DNA of 64,000 nucleotides from positions 12,580-76,579 of the forward strand of contig JAHITE010000125.1 in NCBI GenBank assembly GCA_018817585.1. Direction: 5' to 3'. The notes beneath the pieces were generated by a model, which worked only from the letters and a program-made list of their open reading frames with translations, made no database searches and was not told where the DNA came from. Source of the stretch: Candidatus Omnitrophota bacterium (GTDB lineage Bacteria > Omnitrophota > Gorgyraeia > B26-G9). A program made the position numbers and the translations under genes. Below, piece after piece: positions 30,653 to 40,936 of the stretch; the first letter of the stretch is position 1; the number at the start of each line of letters is the position of its first letter.

Positions 30653-31689
30653 TTAGGGTTCTAGTTGTTGATGATTCAGCCTTGATGCGCAGGAAGATAA
30701 CAGAGATATTAGCATCAGATAAGGAAATTGATGTTATTGATTTTGCCAAAACAGGTGCTGACGCGATTAAAAAAGTAGTTCAATTAAAACCGGATGTTAT
30801 TACCATGGATATTGCCATGCCTGATATTGATGGATTAACCGCGCTTACATATATAATGAACGAAGTTCCCACGCCAGTTGTAATTATTAGCGCGAATGTC
30901 GCGCCAGGAAGCGCTAACGCGTTAAGAGCCGCTGAATTGGGAGCCGTGGATACTATTCTTAAACCTAGTGGTGAGATTTCAGTAGATATTGATATTCTTA
31001 GTAAAGAAATTATTAGTAAAGTTAAAACAGCAAGCCGGGTAGATGTAAATAGAGTGCAAGCTTTTTTAAATAGAATAATACAGCCTTCGGGAGTCTCGGG
31101 GGGGGGAAGTTCAAATTTAAAGCATATTGTTGCTATTGGCGCTTCAACCGGAGGGCCGAAAGCGATAAAAGAAATACTTCCTTACTTATCCCCTGATTCA
31201 GAGGCGGCCTTTTTAATTGTTCAGCATATGCCAGCGGCTTTTATTAAGTCAATGGCTCAACGAATGGATTGGATTTCCAAAATTAAAGTAAAGGAAGCTC
31301 ATCATGGAGATATTATAAAGCAGGGAGTGGCTTATCTTGCTCCCGGAGATTTCCATATGATTGTTTCGATGGATAACAATATTCCTACTATTAGACTTAA
31401 TACTGATCCTAAGGTGCATAGTGTTAGACCATCAGTAAGTGTTATGATGAACTCTGCAGCTGAGTGCTTTGGCAATAAAACGATTGGAGTTTTACTTACG
31501 GGAATGGGGCAAGATGGGGTGGAAGGAATGAGAAATATTAAAAGAGTTGGCGGAATCACTTTAGCTGAAGATGAGTCTACTTGTGTTGTTTTTGGAATGC
31601 CGCGCGTTGCTATACAAGAAGGTGTTGTAGATAAAGTTATTCCTCTTGGATATATGGGTATTGAAATAATGAAGCAGATTAGCATATAA
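30649..31689 (+). CDS. cheB: CheB methylesterase with receiver domain
   Basis: GASTGGP, QHMP, LTGMGQDG, VFGMP. Confidence 0.96.
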   Translation: MIRVLVVDDSALMRRKITEILASDKEIDVIDFAKTGADAIKKVVQLKPDVITMDIAMPDIDGLTALTYIMNEVPTPVVIISANVAPGSANALRAAELGAVDTILKPSGEISVDIDILSKEIISKVKTASRVDVNRVQAFLNRIIQPSGVSGGGSSNLKHIVAIGASTGGPKAIKEILPYLSPDSEAAFLIVQHMPAAFIKSMAQRMDWISKIKVKEAHHGDIIKQGVAYLAPGDFHMIVSMDNNIPTIRLNTDPKVHSVRPSVSVMMNSAAECFGNKTIGVLLTGMGQDGVEGMRNIKRVGGITLAEDESTCVVFGMPRVAIQEGVVDKVIPLGYMGIEIMKQISI

Positions 31690-31704
31690 GAAGGATTTTA
31701 CTTT

Positions 31705-33717
31705 ATGGGAGTAGAGCAATATAAGGATTTATTTGTCGCTGAATCTGAAGAACATCTGCAGATTATTAATAATTCTGTGCTTAGCCTTGAAAAAGACCCG
31801 GCAAATATAACTATTTTAAATGAAATTTTCCGCAGCGCGCATACCTTAAAAGGTATGTCCGCGACAATGGGATTTGAATCGTTAACTCGGCTTACCCATA
31901 AAATGGAAGATGTTCTTGATATATTCCGTAGTCAAAAAATTCCAGTTACAACAGAAATAGTAGATAAGCTTTTTAGTTGTCTGGATATTCTTCAAATGCT
32001 GCTTGAGGAAATTAAAACAGGAGAAGATCTTAATTTAGATATAGAGTCTATTATTCTGCAGCTTCAAAGTGTCACGCCTAATATTTCGGCAGCTGGTTTA
32101 GATAGAGCAGCAGCTGAAAAAAAAGAGCTGTTGATAACAGCTCTGGAAAAAGAGCACCTTCTTAATGCTCTTAAAAATAAAGATATTAGGATTTATAAAA
32201 TTAATATTTTTCTTAGTCAAGATTGTCAATTAAAATCTGTTCGTGCTTTTATGGTTTTTAATAAATTGAATTCAATCGGAGAAATAATCAAAGCAGTACC
32301 TTCAATAGAAGATTTAGAGTCAAATCATTTTGGCTTATCTTTCTGTTTGTTGCTTATGACAAATAGCCTGGCTAAAAAGTTAGAACAAATATTATATAAT
32401 GTTATGGAAGTTGAAAAGGTGTCGCTGACTCAAATAAAAGATATTAACGATTTACCGCTGGAAAAAACAGAAGAACTGAAAGTTAAAGATAATGCTCAGA
32501 AAGTTCCTTCTGATGTTGACTTATCTCAGCAAAAAGATTTAGCTAAGCAATTTGGTTTTAAAAAAATTCAAAGCATTAGAGTTAGTACTCAACGTTTGGA
32601 TAAAATGATGAATTTTGTGGGGGAATTAGTAATTTCTAAAATTCGTTTAATGCAGATAGCCAAGACTCATCAATTAAAGCCTTTAAGTGAAATATTAACC
32701 AATATTGATCGTTTGACCAGTGACTTGCAGGATGAAGTTATGCAGGCTAGACTTATTCCCATGGCTCAGGTCTTTGACCGTTTTCCGCGAATGGTGAGGG
32801 ATTTAGCCCGAAGTGAAAAAAAACAAATAAATTTTGATGTTTCGGGAGGAGAAATAGAACTCGATAGAACAGTGCTTGATGAGATAGCAGATCCCTTGGT
32901 TCATCTTCTGCGCAATAGCGTTGATCATGGGATAGAATTGCCTAATGTTCGTAAGGAAAATAATAAAAACCCGGTTGGGACTATAAAGTTGAGCGCGTAT
33001 AGAGAAAGAACCTTTGTTTTAATTGAAGTATCTGATGATGGAAAAGGCATCGATCCTGAAACTATTCGTGTAGTTGCTTTAAATAAAGGATTTATGACTG
33101 ACGATGAACTCGCGAAACTTAATGATAGAGATATTCTTAACCTTATAACAATGCCTGGTTTTAGTTCAACTTCAGAAATAACTGATACTTCTGGTCGGGG
33201 TGTGGGCATGGATGTTGTAAAGATGAAGATTGAGGCTCTTGGCGGAAGCTTAGTGTTTGACTCTGAATTGGGAAAAGGAAGTAATTTTAAACTAAAGCTG
33301 CCGCTTACAGTAGCGATAATTCGGGCAATGTTGGTGGAAATAAACAAGGAAATATACGCGACTCCAATTGGCAGTATTGTAGAAGCAGTAAAGGTTTCTA
33401 AAAAAAGAATCAAGCATATAGAAAAATTCGAAGTAATTAATTTGCGGGATGAAGTACTTCCGCTTGTAAGATTGGAAAAGATTTTAGGTGTGCCTGCTCG
33501 AGCGGAAGAAATCCCTAGGGAAGAGATTTCTATAGTAGTTGTTGATAATGCCGGGAAAAAGGCAGGATTAGTTGTTGATCGGGTGGTGGGGCAGCAAGAA
33601 GTTGTAATCAAGACGGTGGGTTCTTTATTAAAAGGAATAAAAGGATTCTCTGGGGCAACAATTTTAGGTGATGGAAGCGTGGCTTTGATTCTGGATGTTG
33701 CTTCATTAGTTGGCTAG
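31705..33717 (+). CDS. cheA: CheA histidine kinase
   Basis: FRSAHTLKG (P1), HLLRNSVDHG, DDGKG, GRGVGMD, C-terminal CheW-like domain. Confidence 0.97.
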   Translation: MGVEQYKDLFVAESEEHLQIINNSVLSLEKDPANITILNEIFRSAHTLKGMSATMGFESLTRLTHKMEDVLDIFRSQKIPVTTEIVDKLFSCLDILQMLLEEIKTGEDLNLDIESIILQLQSVTPNISAAGLDRAAAEKKELLITALEKEHLLNALKNKDIRIYKINIFLSQDCQLKSVRAFMVFNKLNSIGEIIKAVPSIEDLESNHFGLSFCLLLMTNSLAKKLEQILYNVMEVEKVSLTQIKDINDLPLEKTEELKVKDNAQKVPSDVDLSQQKDLAKQFGFKKIQSIRVSTQRLDKMMNFVGELVISKIRLMQIAKTHQLKPLSEILTNIDRLTSDLQDEVMQARLIPMAQVFDRFPRMVRDLARSEKKQINFDVSGGEIELDRTVLDEIADPLVHLLRNSVDHGIELPNVRKENNKNPVGTIKLSAYRERTFVLIEVSDDGKGIDPETIRVVALNKGFMTDDELAKLNDRDILNLITMPGFSSTSEITDTSGRGVGMDVVKMKIEALGGSLVFDSELGKGSNFKLKLPLTVAIIRAMLVEINKEIYATPIGSIVEAVKVSKKRIKHIEKFEVINLRDEVLPLVRLEKILGVPARAEEIPREEISIVVVDNAGKKAGLVVDRVVGQQEVVIKTVGSLLKGIKGFSGATILGDGSVALILDVASLVG

Positions 33718-33754
33718 ATTAAATGGGGTTTATGTTTTATTAGGAGGATTAAAA

Positions 33755-34354
33755 ATGGCTGAGTTAACAAGTGTTCAACTCGATGCTTTAAAAGAGATGG
33801 GTAACATTGGGGCGGGGAACGCGGCAACTTCGCTTGCTCAGTTAATTGGGGAAATGGTTAGTAGTAGCGTTCCTGAAGTAAATGTAATGCCTATTGCATC
33901 TGTTGCTCAAGCTCTGGGGGGAGAGGAAAAACAGGTTTATATTATTTATTTGGAAGTTGAAAAAGATATGCAAGGAACAATGCTGACTATTTTCTCAGAG
34001 GAGACAGCCATCTTCTTTGTTAAAAAACTATTAGGTTCGATTGAAATCGATATGACATCAGATATTGCTCAATCAGCATTAAAGGAAGCAGGATCTATTC
34101 TTTGCGGATCTTATTTAAGCGCGCTTAGTCAGCTTGTTAACATGAGTTCTGTGGCTACGGTTCCAGCGATGGCTTTTGACATGCTGGGGGCTATGCTTGA
34201 TTTTGTTTTAGTGGAGATTGGACAAATAGCGGATGAAGTTTTTTTAGTGAATACAGAGCTGTATGTATCTCAAAAAAAACTGGAATGTTCTCAACTTTTT
34301 TTACCAAAACCAGATACTTTAGAAAAAATACTTACTTCACTCGGAATGATGTGA
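33755..34354 (+). CDS. cheC: Second CheC family phosphatase
   Basis: DALKEMGNIGAGNAATSL; AGGAGG SD before ATG 33755. Confidence 0.9.
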   Translation: MAELTSVQLDALKEMGNIGAGNAATSLAQLIGEMVSSSVPEVNVMPIASVAQALGGEEKQVYIIYLEVEKDMQGTMLTIFSEETAIFFVKKLLGSIEIDMTSDIAQSALKEAGSILCGSYLSALSQLVNMSSVATVPAMAFDMLGAMLDFVLVEIGQIADEVFLVNTELYVSQKKLECSQLFLPKPDTLEKILTSLGMM

Positions 34355-34362
34355 GAGAAAAT

Positions 34363-36513
34363 ATGGATAATGTCGGAGATGATTTAATTTTCGCGCTGGA
34401 TATCGGAACGCGCAAGGTAGTGGGTATTATTGCCAAGAAACGAGATGATGTGATCCATATTTTAGATGTGGAAAAAGTCGAACATCAAACTAGAAATATG
34501 CTTGATGGGCAGATTCATAATATTAATGAAGTGGCAAAAATAGTAAAAAATATAAAAGAGACATTGGAAAAAAGAGCGGGACAGTCTTTATCTAAGGTAG
34601 GAGTTGCTGTAGCCGGGAGAGCGCTTAAGACCGTAAAGGCAAAAGTTTCAAAAGAGCTTTCTTTGAATAATGAAATTACTGAAGGTGATGTGCTAAATTT
34701 AGACTTAGAAGCGGTTAGCAGTATTTTAAAGAACGCGGATAGTGATGGTCATGAGGATTTTTATTGTGTAGGTTACAGCGTTGTTTGTTATCAGCTTGAT
34801 TCTGAGGTAATCGGCGACTTAGTAGGGCATTTTGGTAAGAGTATGGGCGTTGAGGTTATAGCTACATTCTTACCGCGAGTAGTTTTGGATAGTATGTTAA
34901 GTGTGTTGCGCAGGGCAGGCCTTGAAGTAAGTAATCTTACTCTTGAGCCGATCGCGGCTTTAAACGCGATTATTCCTAAAGATATAAGACGCTTAAATTT
35001 AGTCCTTTTAGATATAGGGGCAGGGACTTCTGATGTAGCTCTTACTAAAGACGGTAGTGTGTTTGCCTATGGCATGGTTCCTGAAGCGGGTGATGAAATC
35101 ACGGAGTTAATCTGCGAGAAATTCATTCTTGATTTTAATACTGCTGAAAATGTGAAAAGACAGATATCTATAAAAGAAAAAGTTTCATTTAAAGATATAT
35201 TAGGCAAAGAACATAATCTAGCATCAGTAGATATTATTAATATGATTAAGCCTAGAGTCGCAAAGCTGGCTGAGTCCATAGCCAATCGAGTGCTTGAGCT
35301 TAATAAAAAAGTTCCGAATGCTGCTATTTTAGTTGGAGGGGGAAGCTTGACTCCTCTTTTTGATCAACAACTTTCTCTTGCTTTTCCTCTTGATTTATCA
35401 AATATAGGTGTACGTTTGCCGGAAATGGTTTCAAATATTATAGATAAATCGGGTAAACTAAATAGTCCGGAAATGGTTACTCCCCTAGGGATTTGTATAA
35501 TGACGGCTAATTCTACGGGTTTGAAATTTCTGGAAATATATGTTAATGAAAAAAGAGTTAATGTATTAGATATGCAGCAAAGTCTGGATGTTTTGAGCGC
35601 GCTTGTGGTTGCCGGTGTTAATAAAATGAAGTTATATGGCAGAATAGGAAGGGCTATTTGTGTTGAAGTTAATGGTAAATTAACAGTAATAAAAGGTGAA
35701 ATGGGCAAGCCTGCTGAAATAAAGCTGAACGACCAATATGCTGACCTTACAACAAAAATAAAAAGTGGAGATAAAATATCTTTTAAAGACGCGGTTGACG
35801 GTTTAGACGCGCAGGCAATTATCGGCGATATTGTTGGGATTAAGCCTTTAAATATTAAGTTGAATGATCAATCTATTAAAATTATGCCCAAGGTTACGAT
35901 TAATGGAGATCCGGCGGATCTTTCTGCTAATTTACCGGATAGAGCAGTTATTCAGATTATGCCGACAGTTACAGCCAGGGATGTTTTAGAGTTAATGAAT
36001 CTTAATCTCGAAGAATTGCAGGTAAGAGAGATAGTGGTTAGAGTCAATAAAGAACCTAAGGTTATATCGCAAAGTAGTTTTTCGCTGCTTATTAATGGAC
36101 TGAAAGCGGGATTATCTTCTAATTTATCAGAAGGCAGTGTTATTGAATTTGAGAAAGATAAACATATATTTTATAAGATTAAGGATATTGTTGAAATGCC
36201 TGCTAGCGCAGAAGATGTAGAGATTATTTTGAATGGACAGAAGCATGTTTTAAAAGGAGCTCCAGGCAAAATTTATATGAACGGTCAGCTTGTAGGCCCA
36301 GAGGAGTTTATTATTGATCGAGCAGAGATTATTACAAGCGCAGGAGGAACTTTGCCGCCAACAGTTGTGCAGATCTTAGAGTGCCTGCCTATAAGTATTG
36401 AAGATCAAAGAGGTAAACAATTGAAAATTATGGTTAACGGCAATCCTGGAGGATTTACAACCCCACTTTATAATGGTGCGAATATTAGCATAGATTTTTT
36501 AGACAGGTATTAA
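34363..36513 (+). CDS. FtsA/PilM-like actin-fold ATPase with repeated C-terminal beta-grasp-like units
   Basis: ALDIGTRK, LEPIAA, LDIGAGTSD, AENVK, LVGGGS; C-terminal repeats of (I/V)NG...L..G..I; ATG 8 nt after the cheC stop. Confidence 0.85.
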   Translation: MDNVGDDLIFALDIGTRKVVGIIAKKRDDVIHILDVEKVEHQTRNMLDGQIHNINEVAKIVKNIKETLEKRAGQSLSKVGVAVAGRALKTVKAKVSKELSLNNEITEGDVLNLDLEAVSSILKNADSDGHEDFYCVGYSVVCYQLDSEVIGDLVGHFGKSMGVEVIATFLPRVVLDSMLSVLRRAGLEVSNLTLEPIAALNAIIPKDIRRLNLVLLDIGAGTSDVALTKDGSVFAYGMVPEAGDEITELICEKFILDFNTAENVKRQISIKEKVSFKDILGKEHNLASVDIINMIKPRVAKLAESIANRVLELNKKVPNAAILVGGGSLTPLFDQQLSLAFPLDLSNIGVRLPEMVSNIIDKSGKLNSPEMVTPLGICIMTANSTGLKFLEIYVNEKRVNVLDMQQSLDVLSALVVAGVNKMKLYGRIGRAICVEVNGKLTVIKGEMGKPAEIKLNDQYADLTTKIKSGDKISFKDAVDGLDAQAIIGDIVGIKPLNIKLNDQSIKIMPKVTINGDPADLSANLPDRAVIQIMPTVTARDVLELMNLNLEELQVREIVVRVNKEPKVISQSSFSLLINGLKAGLSSNLSEGSVIEFEKDKHIFYKIKDIVEMPASAEDVEIILNGQKHVLKGAPGKIYMNGQLVGPEEFIIDRAEIITSAGGTLPPTVVQILECLPISIEDQRGKQLKIMVNGNPGGFTTPLYNGANISIDFLDRY

Positions 36514-36649
36514 TGTTTTTAATTTCTGCAGTTGATTCCTTCTGATCAGAGCTTTTAAGTAGATCGATATATTTTTATAAGTACTTATTTCGCAACGTAT
36601 TAAATAAAAAAAAGCATATTCTTAGAGTAATATTTATTAAGCTTAGCTA

Positions 36650-36678
36650 TTGACGCGGCTTTTTAAATGCGTTATTAT
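36650..36678 (+). promoter_or_regulatory. Putative topA promoter
   Basis: TTGACG-17 nt-TATTAT. Confidence 0.5.
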
Positions 36679-36705
36679 AGCTAAAAATAAAAAAGGGTAA
36701 AATTG

Positions 36706-38700
36706 ATGAAAAATTTAGTTATAGTCGAATCTCCGACCAAAGCAAGGACAATCGGCAAAATTCTGGGAAAGAATTACGCGGTTTATTCTTCTATGGGGCA
36801 TATTATTGATTTACCGCGCCGTAAAATAGGTGTTGATGTTGAGCAAGATTTTGCTCCGACTTATGTTGTTATTCCTGGCAAGAAAAAGACTTTGGCTCAA
36901 TTAAAAAAAGAGGTAAAAACCTCTGAAGTTATTTATTTGGCTACTGATCAAGACCGTGAAGGCGAAGCAATCAGCTGGCATTTACAGGAACGTTTACAGG
37001 ATAAGAAAAAAACCCGTAAGTTTCTTCGGGTGGTGTTTCATGAAATAACTCCGGACGCGATTAAGCAGGCATTTAAAAATCCCAGCCAGTTAGATCTGAA
37101 CATGGTTAACGCGCAGCAGGCAAGACGCGTTTTAGACAGGGTTGTTGGTTATTTTTTAAGTCCATTATTATGGAAAAAAGTAGCTAAAGGATTAAGTGCC
37201 GGCAGGGTGCAATCAGTATCTTTAAAGCTTATCGTTATCAGAGAGCGTCAAATTCAGGACTTTGTTCCCGAGGAATATTGGAAGGTAGAAGCAAATTTAA
37301 AGCGCCAGAAAGATGGTTTTGAAGAGTTTACAGCAGAACTGGTTAAATGCGATGGCCAGAAGATTGAACTGGCAAAGCAGGAGCAGGTATCGGGGATTGT
37401 GCAGGATTTAGAAAAAGCGGAATATACTGTTTCTTCAGTTAAAAATAAAGAAAAGAAACGTAATCCTTATCCCCCGTTTATAACCAGTACGTTACAGCAG
37501 GATGCTTTTAATAAACTTAAGTATACCGCGCGTAAGACAATGCTCATTGCCCAGCAGCTGTATGAAGGCATTGACCTTGGGCAGCAGGATCCGATCGGGC
37601 TTATTAGTTATATGCGTACTGATTCTGTGAAAATTGCTGATGTGGCTTTAGTCCAGATCAGACAATATATCAAGGATAACTTTGGCCAGGCCTATTTACC
37701 AGCAAAGCCTAATGTTTATAAATCAAAAAAATCCGCGCAGGAAGCGCATGAAGCAATAAGACCGACATCTATTGAGCGGACTCCTTCCCAGATGCAGTCT
37801 TTTTTAAGTCAGGAACAATATAAGCTTTATGAACTTATCTGGAAAAGGACGGTTGCTTCTCAAATGCAATCAGCTGTTTATATGGTTAATACAATCGAAA
37901 TCGCGGCCGGAAAGTATTTGTTTAGTGCCAGCGGATCAGTGATTACCTTCGAAGGTTTTTTAAAGGCTTATCAGGAAGACTTAAAAGAAAAAGAGAATTT
38001 AATCCCGGAAATATTCAAGGGCGAAATTTTAACATTACTTAAATTAATGCCCAGTCAGCATTTTACCAGACCTCCGGCTAGATATTCCGAATCATCTCTG
38101 GTTAAGGCTTTGGAAGAAGAAGGTATTGGCCGTCCAAGTACATATGCTCCGATTGTTCATACCTTAATTTTTCGTAATTATATCCGCAGGGAAAAAGGTT
38201 ATCTTACTTGTACGGAATTGGGGATGAAGGTAACTGATATCTTAGTCGAATATTTCCCGAATATTATTGATGTAGCTTTTACCGCGGCAATGGAGGAAGA
38301 GCTGGATAAAGTAGAGGAAGGAAAACTTGATTGGGTAAAAGCGTTGAAAGATTTTTACACTCCGTTTAAGGAAAAACTTACCTTTGCTCAGACAAATTTA
38401 AAAAAAGAAGTTGTGGAAACTGATGAAAATTGCGAAAAGTGCGGTAAGCCGATGGTTATCAAATGGTCACGTTCTGGAAAATTTTTAAGCTGTTCGGGTT
38501 TTCCGGATTGTCGTAACGCGAAATCAATATCTTTAGGCGTGAAATGTCCTCAGCCAGAATGTAATGGAGATCTTATTCTGCGCAGATCAAAAAGAGGCAT
38601 GCAATTTTATGGCTGCAGTAATTATCCTAAATGCACATATATTGCGAAAACATTGCCGACAACAGACCGTCAAGTAACGGATGATTTGCAGGATGGATAA
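36706..38700 (+). CDS. topA: DNA topoisomerase I
   Basis: IVESP, TDQDREGE, SAGRVQS, YMRTD, GIGRPST, C-terminal Zn ribbons. Confidence 0.97.
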   Translation: MKNLVIVESPTKARTIGKILGKNYAVYSSMGHIIDLPRRKIGVDVEQDFAPTYVVIPGKKKTLAQLKKEVKTSEVIYLATDQDREGEAISWHLQERLQDKKKTRKFLRVVFHEITPDAIKQAFKNPSQLDLNMVNAQQARRVLDRVVGYFLSPLLWKKVAKGLSAGRVQSVSLKLIVIRERQIQDFVPEEYWKVEANLKRQKDGFEEFTAELVKCDGQKIELAKQEQVSGIVQDLEKAEYTVSSVKNKEKKRNPYPPFITSTLQQDAFNKLKYTARKTMLIAQQLYEGIDLGQQDPIGLISYMRTDSVKIADVALVQIRQYIKDNFGQAYLPAKPNVYKSKKSAQEAHEAIRPTSIERTPSQMQSFLSQEQYKLYELIWKRTVASQMQSAVYMVNTIEIAAGKYLFSASGSVITFEGFLKAYQEDLKEKENLIPEIFKGEILTLLKLMPSQHFTRPPARYSESSLVKALEEEGIGRPSTYAPIVHTLIFRNYIRREKGYLTCTELGMKVTDILVEYFPNIIDVAFTAAMEEELDKVEEGKLDWVKALKDFYTPFKEKLTFAQTNLKKEVVETDENCEKCGKPMVIKWSRSGKFLSCSGFPDCRNAKSISLGVKCPQPECNGDLILRRSKRGMQFYGCSNYPKCTYIAKTLPTTDRQVTDDLQDG

Positions 38701-39567
38701 ATGGAACGTTATATTGATAAATTTCTTAATTATCTTAAGGTAGAAAAAGATTCCTCGGTACATACTCTGATTAATTACAGTGTTGATCTAAAAGAGCTTT
38801 CCTTGTTTATCGATTCTAAAGAATTAAAAGATATTGATGTTTTGGATGTGCGTAAATTTCTTGTAAGTTTGCGCCAAAAAGGATTTAAAAAAGTAACTAT
38901 TGCCAGAAAAATGGCCTGCCTCAGATCTTTTTTTAAATTTTTGTGCCGGGAAGGCCATCTAAAACTCAATCCGATGGTTGGATTAGTTGGTCCCAAACTG
39001 GATAAAAAACTACCGATTTTCTTAAGTGAAGAAGATATGTCTAAGCTGCTGGATAGTCCTGACATTAAAGATATTTTCGGATTGCGCGATAAGGCGATTT
39101 TGGAAACATTATATAGTACGGGAGTGCGGGTCAGCGAATTAGTCGGCTTAAATATAGAGCATATTGATTTTATATCAGGGGTGATTCGGGTATATGGCAA
39201 GGGAAAAAAAGAAAGATTAGCGCCGATCGGAGACGGAGCGTTAAGAGTTATTAAAAGCTATTTGCAGAAAAGAGGAAAAGATTCATCGGATAGAATTTTG
39301 TTTTTAAATAAAGACGGCCGGCGTTTAACTGACCGCAGTGTGCGTAATATTATTGATAAATACATTAAAGTCGCCAGTGTGCGCAGTGATATCTCTCCCC
39401 ATAGCTTGCGGCATTCTTTCGCGACACATCTCTTGAATAGAGGCGCTGATTTGCGATCAGTTCAGGAACTTTTAGGCCACGCGAATTTGTCGACAACTAC
39501 GATTTACACTCATCTTTCTACGGAAAAGCTTAAGAGCGTTTATGATCAGACCCATCCGCGGGCCTGA
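38701..39567 (+). CDS. xerC: Tyrosine recombinase XerC
   Basis: GVRVSEL, GKGKKER, HSLRHSFATH, LLGH, TIY, HPRA end; directly after topA. Confidence 0.88.
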   Translation: MERYIDKFLNYLKVEKDSSVHTLINYSVDLKELSLFIDSKELKDIDVLDVRKFLVSLRQKGFKKVTIARKMACLRSFFKFLCREGHLKLNPMVGLVGPKLDKKLPIFLSEEDMSKLLDSPDIKDIFGLRDKAILETLYSTGVRVSELVGLNIEHIDFISGVIRVYGKGKKERLAPIGDGALRVIKSYLQKRGKDSSDRILFLNKDGRRLTDRSVRNIIDKYIKVASVRSDISPHSLRHSFATHLLNRGADLRSVQELLGHANLSTTTIYTHLSTEKLKSVYDQTHPRA

Positions 39568-39587
39568 TAAAGGGTTTAGAGGATTAT

Positions 39588-40850
39588 ATGTCACTAGTAT
39601 TTAACTGTATTTATTTAATATTAGCTGTTTTTTATTTACCGGCGCTTATTTTAAAAGGCAAACATCGTTCGGGGTTTTTGCAAAGATTCGGAATCTATTC
39701 TTCTGATCTAAAACAAAGAATGGCAAAAGAAAAATTTTCGATTTGGCTGCATGCGGTTAGTGTGGGAGAAATAAAAGCCGCTGTTCCGTTAATCAAGCAA
39801 TTGCGCGAAAAAAATCCTGGTTTAAAATTAATAATTTCGACAATAACTCCGACGGGTAATAAAATTGCTCAGGATACCGCGGCTAAAGAAGATCTGGTGA
39901 TATATTTCCCTTTTGATTTAAGTTGGATTGTTAATCAGGTATTTTCTTTATTGGCTCCCCAGCTTTTACTTATTATGGAAACCGAGCTTTGGCCAAACGC
40001 GATAAATCTAGCAATAAGAAAGAATATAAAAACCGTAATCATAAACGGAAGAATTTCCGATAAAGCTTTTCCGCGCTATAAAATCGCGGCTTTTATATTT
40101 CAACCAATAATTAAAAAAATTAATTTACTCTGTATGCAGACAGAGCTTGACGCGCAAAGAATTATTGAGCTTGGGGCTGATAAACAACGCGTGCATGTAG
40201 TTGGGAATATTAAATTTGATCAGACCGCTAAAATTGATAAGCATGCTTTGTCTGATATTGGTTTAAATAAATCAGGGCGGCTTATTTTAGCTGGGAGTAC
40301 TCATGATAATGAAGAATATCAGATAGCGAAAGTTTTTAAAAAGTTAAAACAACAATTTCCGGATATTCAACTTATGTTTGCTCCACGACATCTCCAGCGG
40401 GTTAATCATGTCCGGGAAATGCTGGAAGCGGAGGGGCTGTCAGCAGTGCTAATCAGTCAGCTGAAAAATAAAGATCAGACCGCAATAAAAGATCAGGTTT
40501 TCATTTTGGATATTATGGGTGTATTAACTGATTATTATCAATTGGCAGATATTGTTTTTATCGGGGGAAGCTTGATTAAGCATGGGGGCCAAAATCCGAT
40601 TGAACCTGCCCTGCTTGGCAAACCAATTGTTTTTGGTCAATATATGTTTAATTTTAGTGAAGTGGTAAAGTTGTTTTTGGATAATCATGCCGCATTGCTT
40701 GTCAATGATTCAGAGGAGCTATTTACTTGCCTGAGAGATTTGTTGTCAAATAAAGCGAAAAGTGACAGCTTGGCTAAAAATGCGAACGAAGTGATTTCAC
40801 GAAATAAAGGCAGTGTGGGCAGGATAGTTTCTCTGCTGAGTAATATTTAA
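39588..40850 (+). CDS. waaA: Kdo transferase
   Basis: WLHAVSVGE, ETELWPN, NGRIS, GSTH, GGQNPIEPA. Confidence 0.95.
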   Translation: MSLVFNCIYLILAVFYLPALILKGKHRSGFLQRFGIYSSDLKQRMAKEKFSIWLHAVSVGEIKAAVPLIKQLREKNPGLKLIISTITPTGNKIAQDTAAKEDLVIYFPFDLSWIVNQVFSLLAPQLLLIMETELWPNAINLAIRKNIKTVIINGRISDKAFPRYKIAAFIFQPIIKKINLLCMQTELDAQRIIELGADKQRVHVVGNIKFDQTAKIDKHALSDIGLNKSGRLILAGSTHDNEEYQIAKVFKKLKQQFPDIQLMFAPRHLQRVNHVREMLEAEGLSAVLISQLKNKDQTAIKDQVFILDIMGVLTDYYQLADIVFIGGSLIKHGGQNPIEPALLGKPIVFGQYMFNFSEVVKLFLDNHAALLVNDSEELFTCLRDLLSNKAKSDSLAKNANEVISRNKGSVGRIVSLLSNI

Positions 40851-40936
40851 GGCATTAAGCTGTTTATTTTTTTTGTAACTATTGTCAACCAAATAATTTT
40901 TATTAGTTGACGTAAAATGAAAGAGGTAATTATTCT

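Noticed and set aside
32925-33611. 228-aa antisense ORF, and the many other antisense or overlapping short ORFs in the track
   Set aside because: They are shadows of well-supported genes, with no motifs or RBS.
34363-36513. Canonical cell-division ftsA
   Set aside because: No ftsQ/ftsZ context, ~300 aa longer than usual and no membrane-targeting tail, so no gene symbol was given.
38701-39567. Tyrosine recombinase as an island or phage integrase
   Set aside because: XerC size, HPRA terminus and topA linkage indicate the housekeeping enzyme; no att sites or cargo seen.
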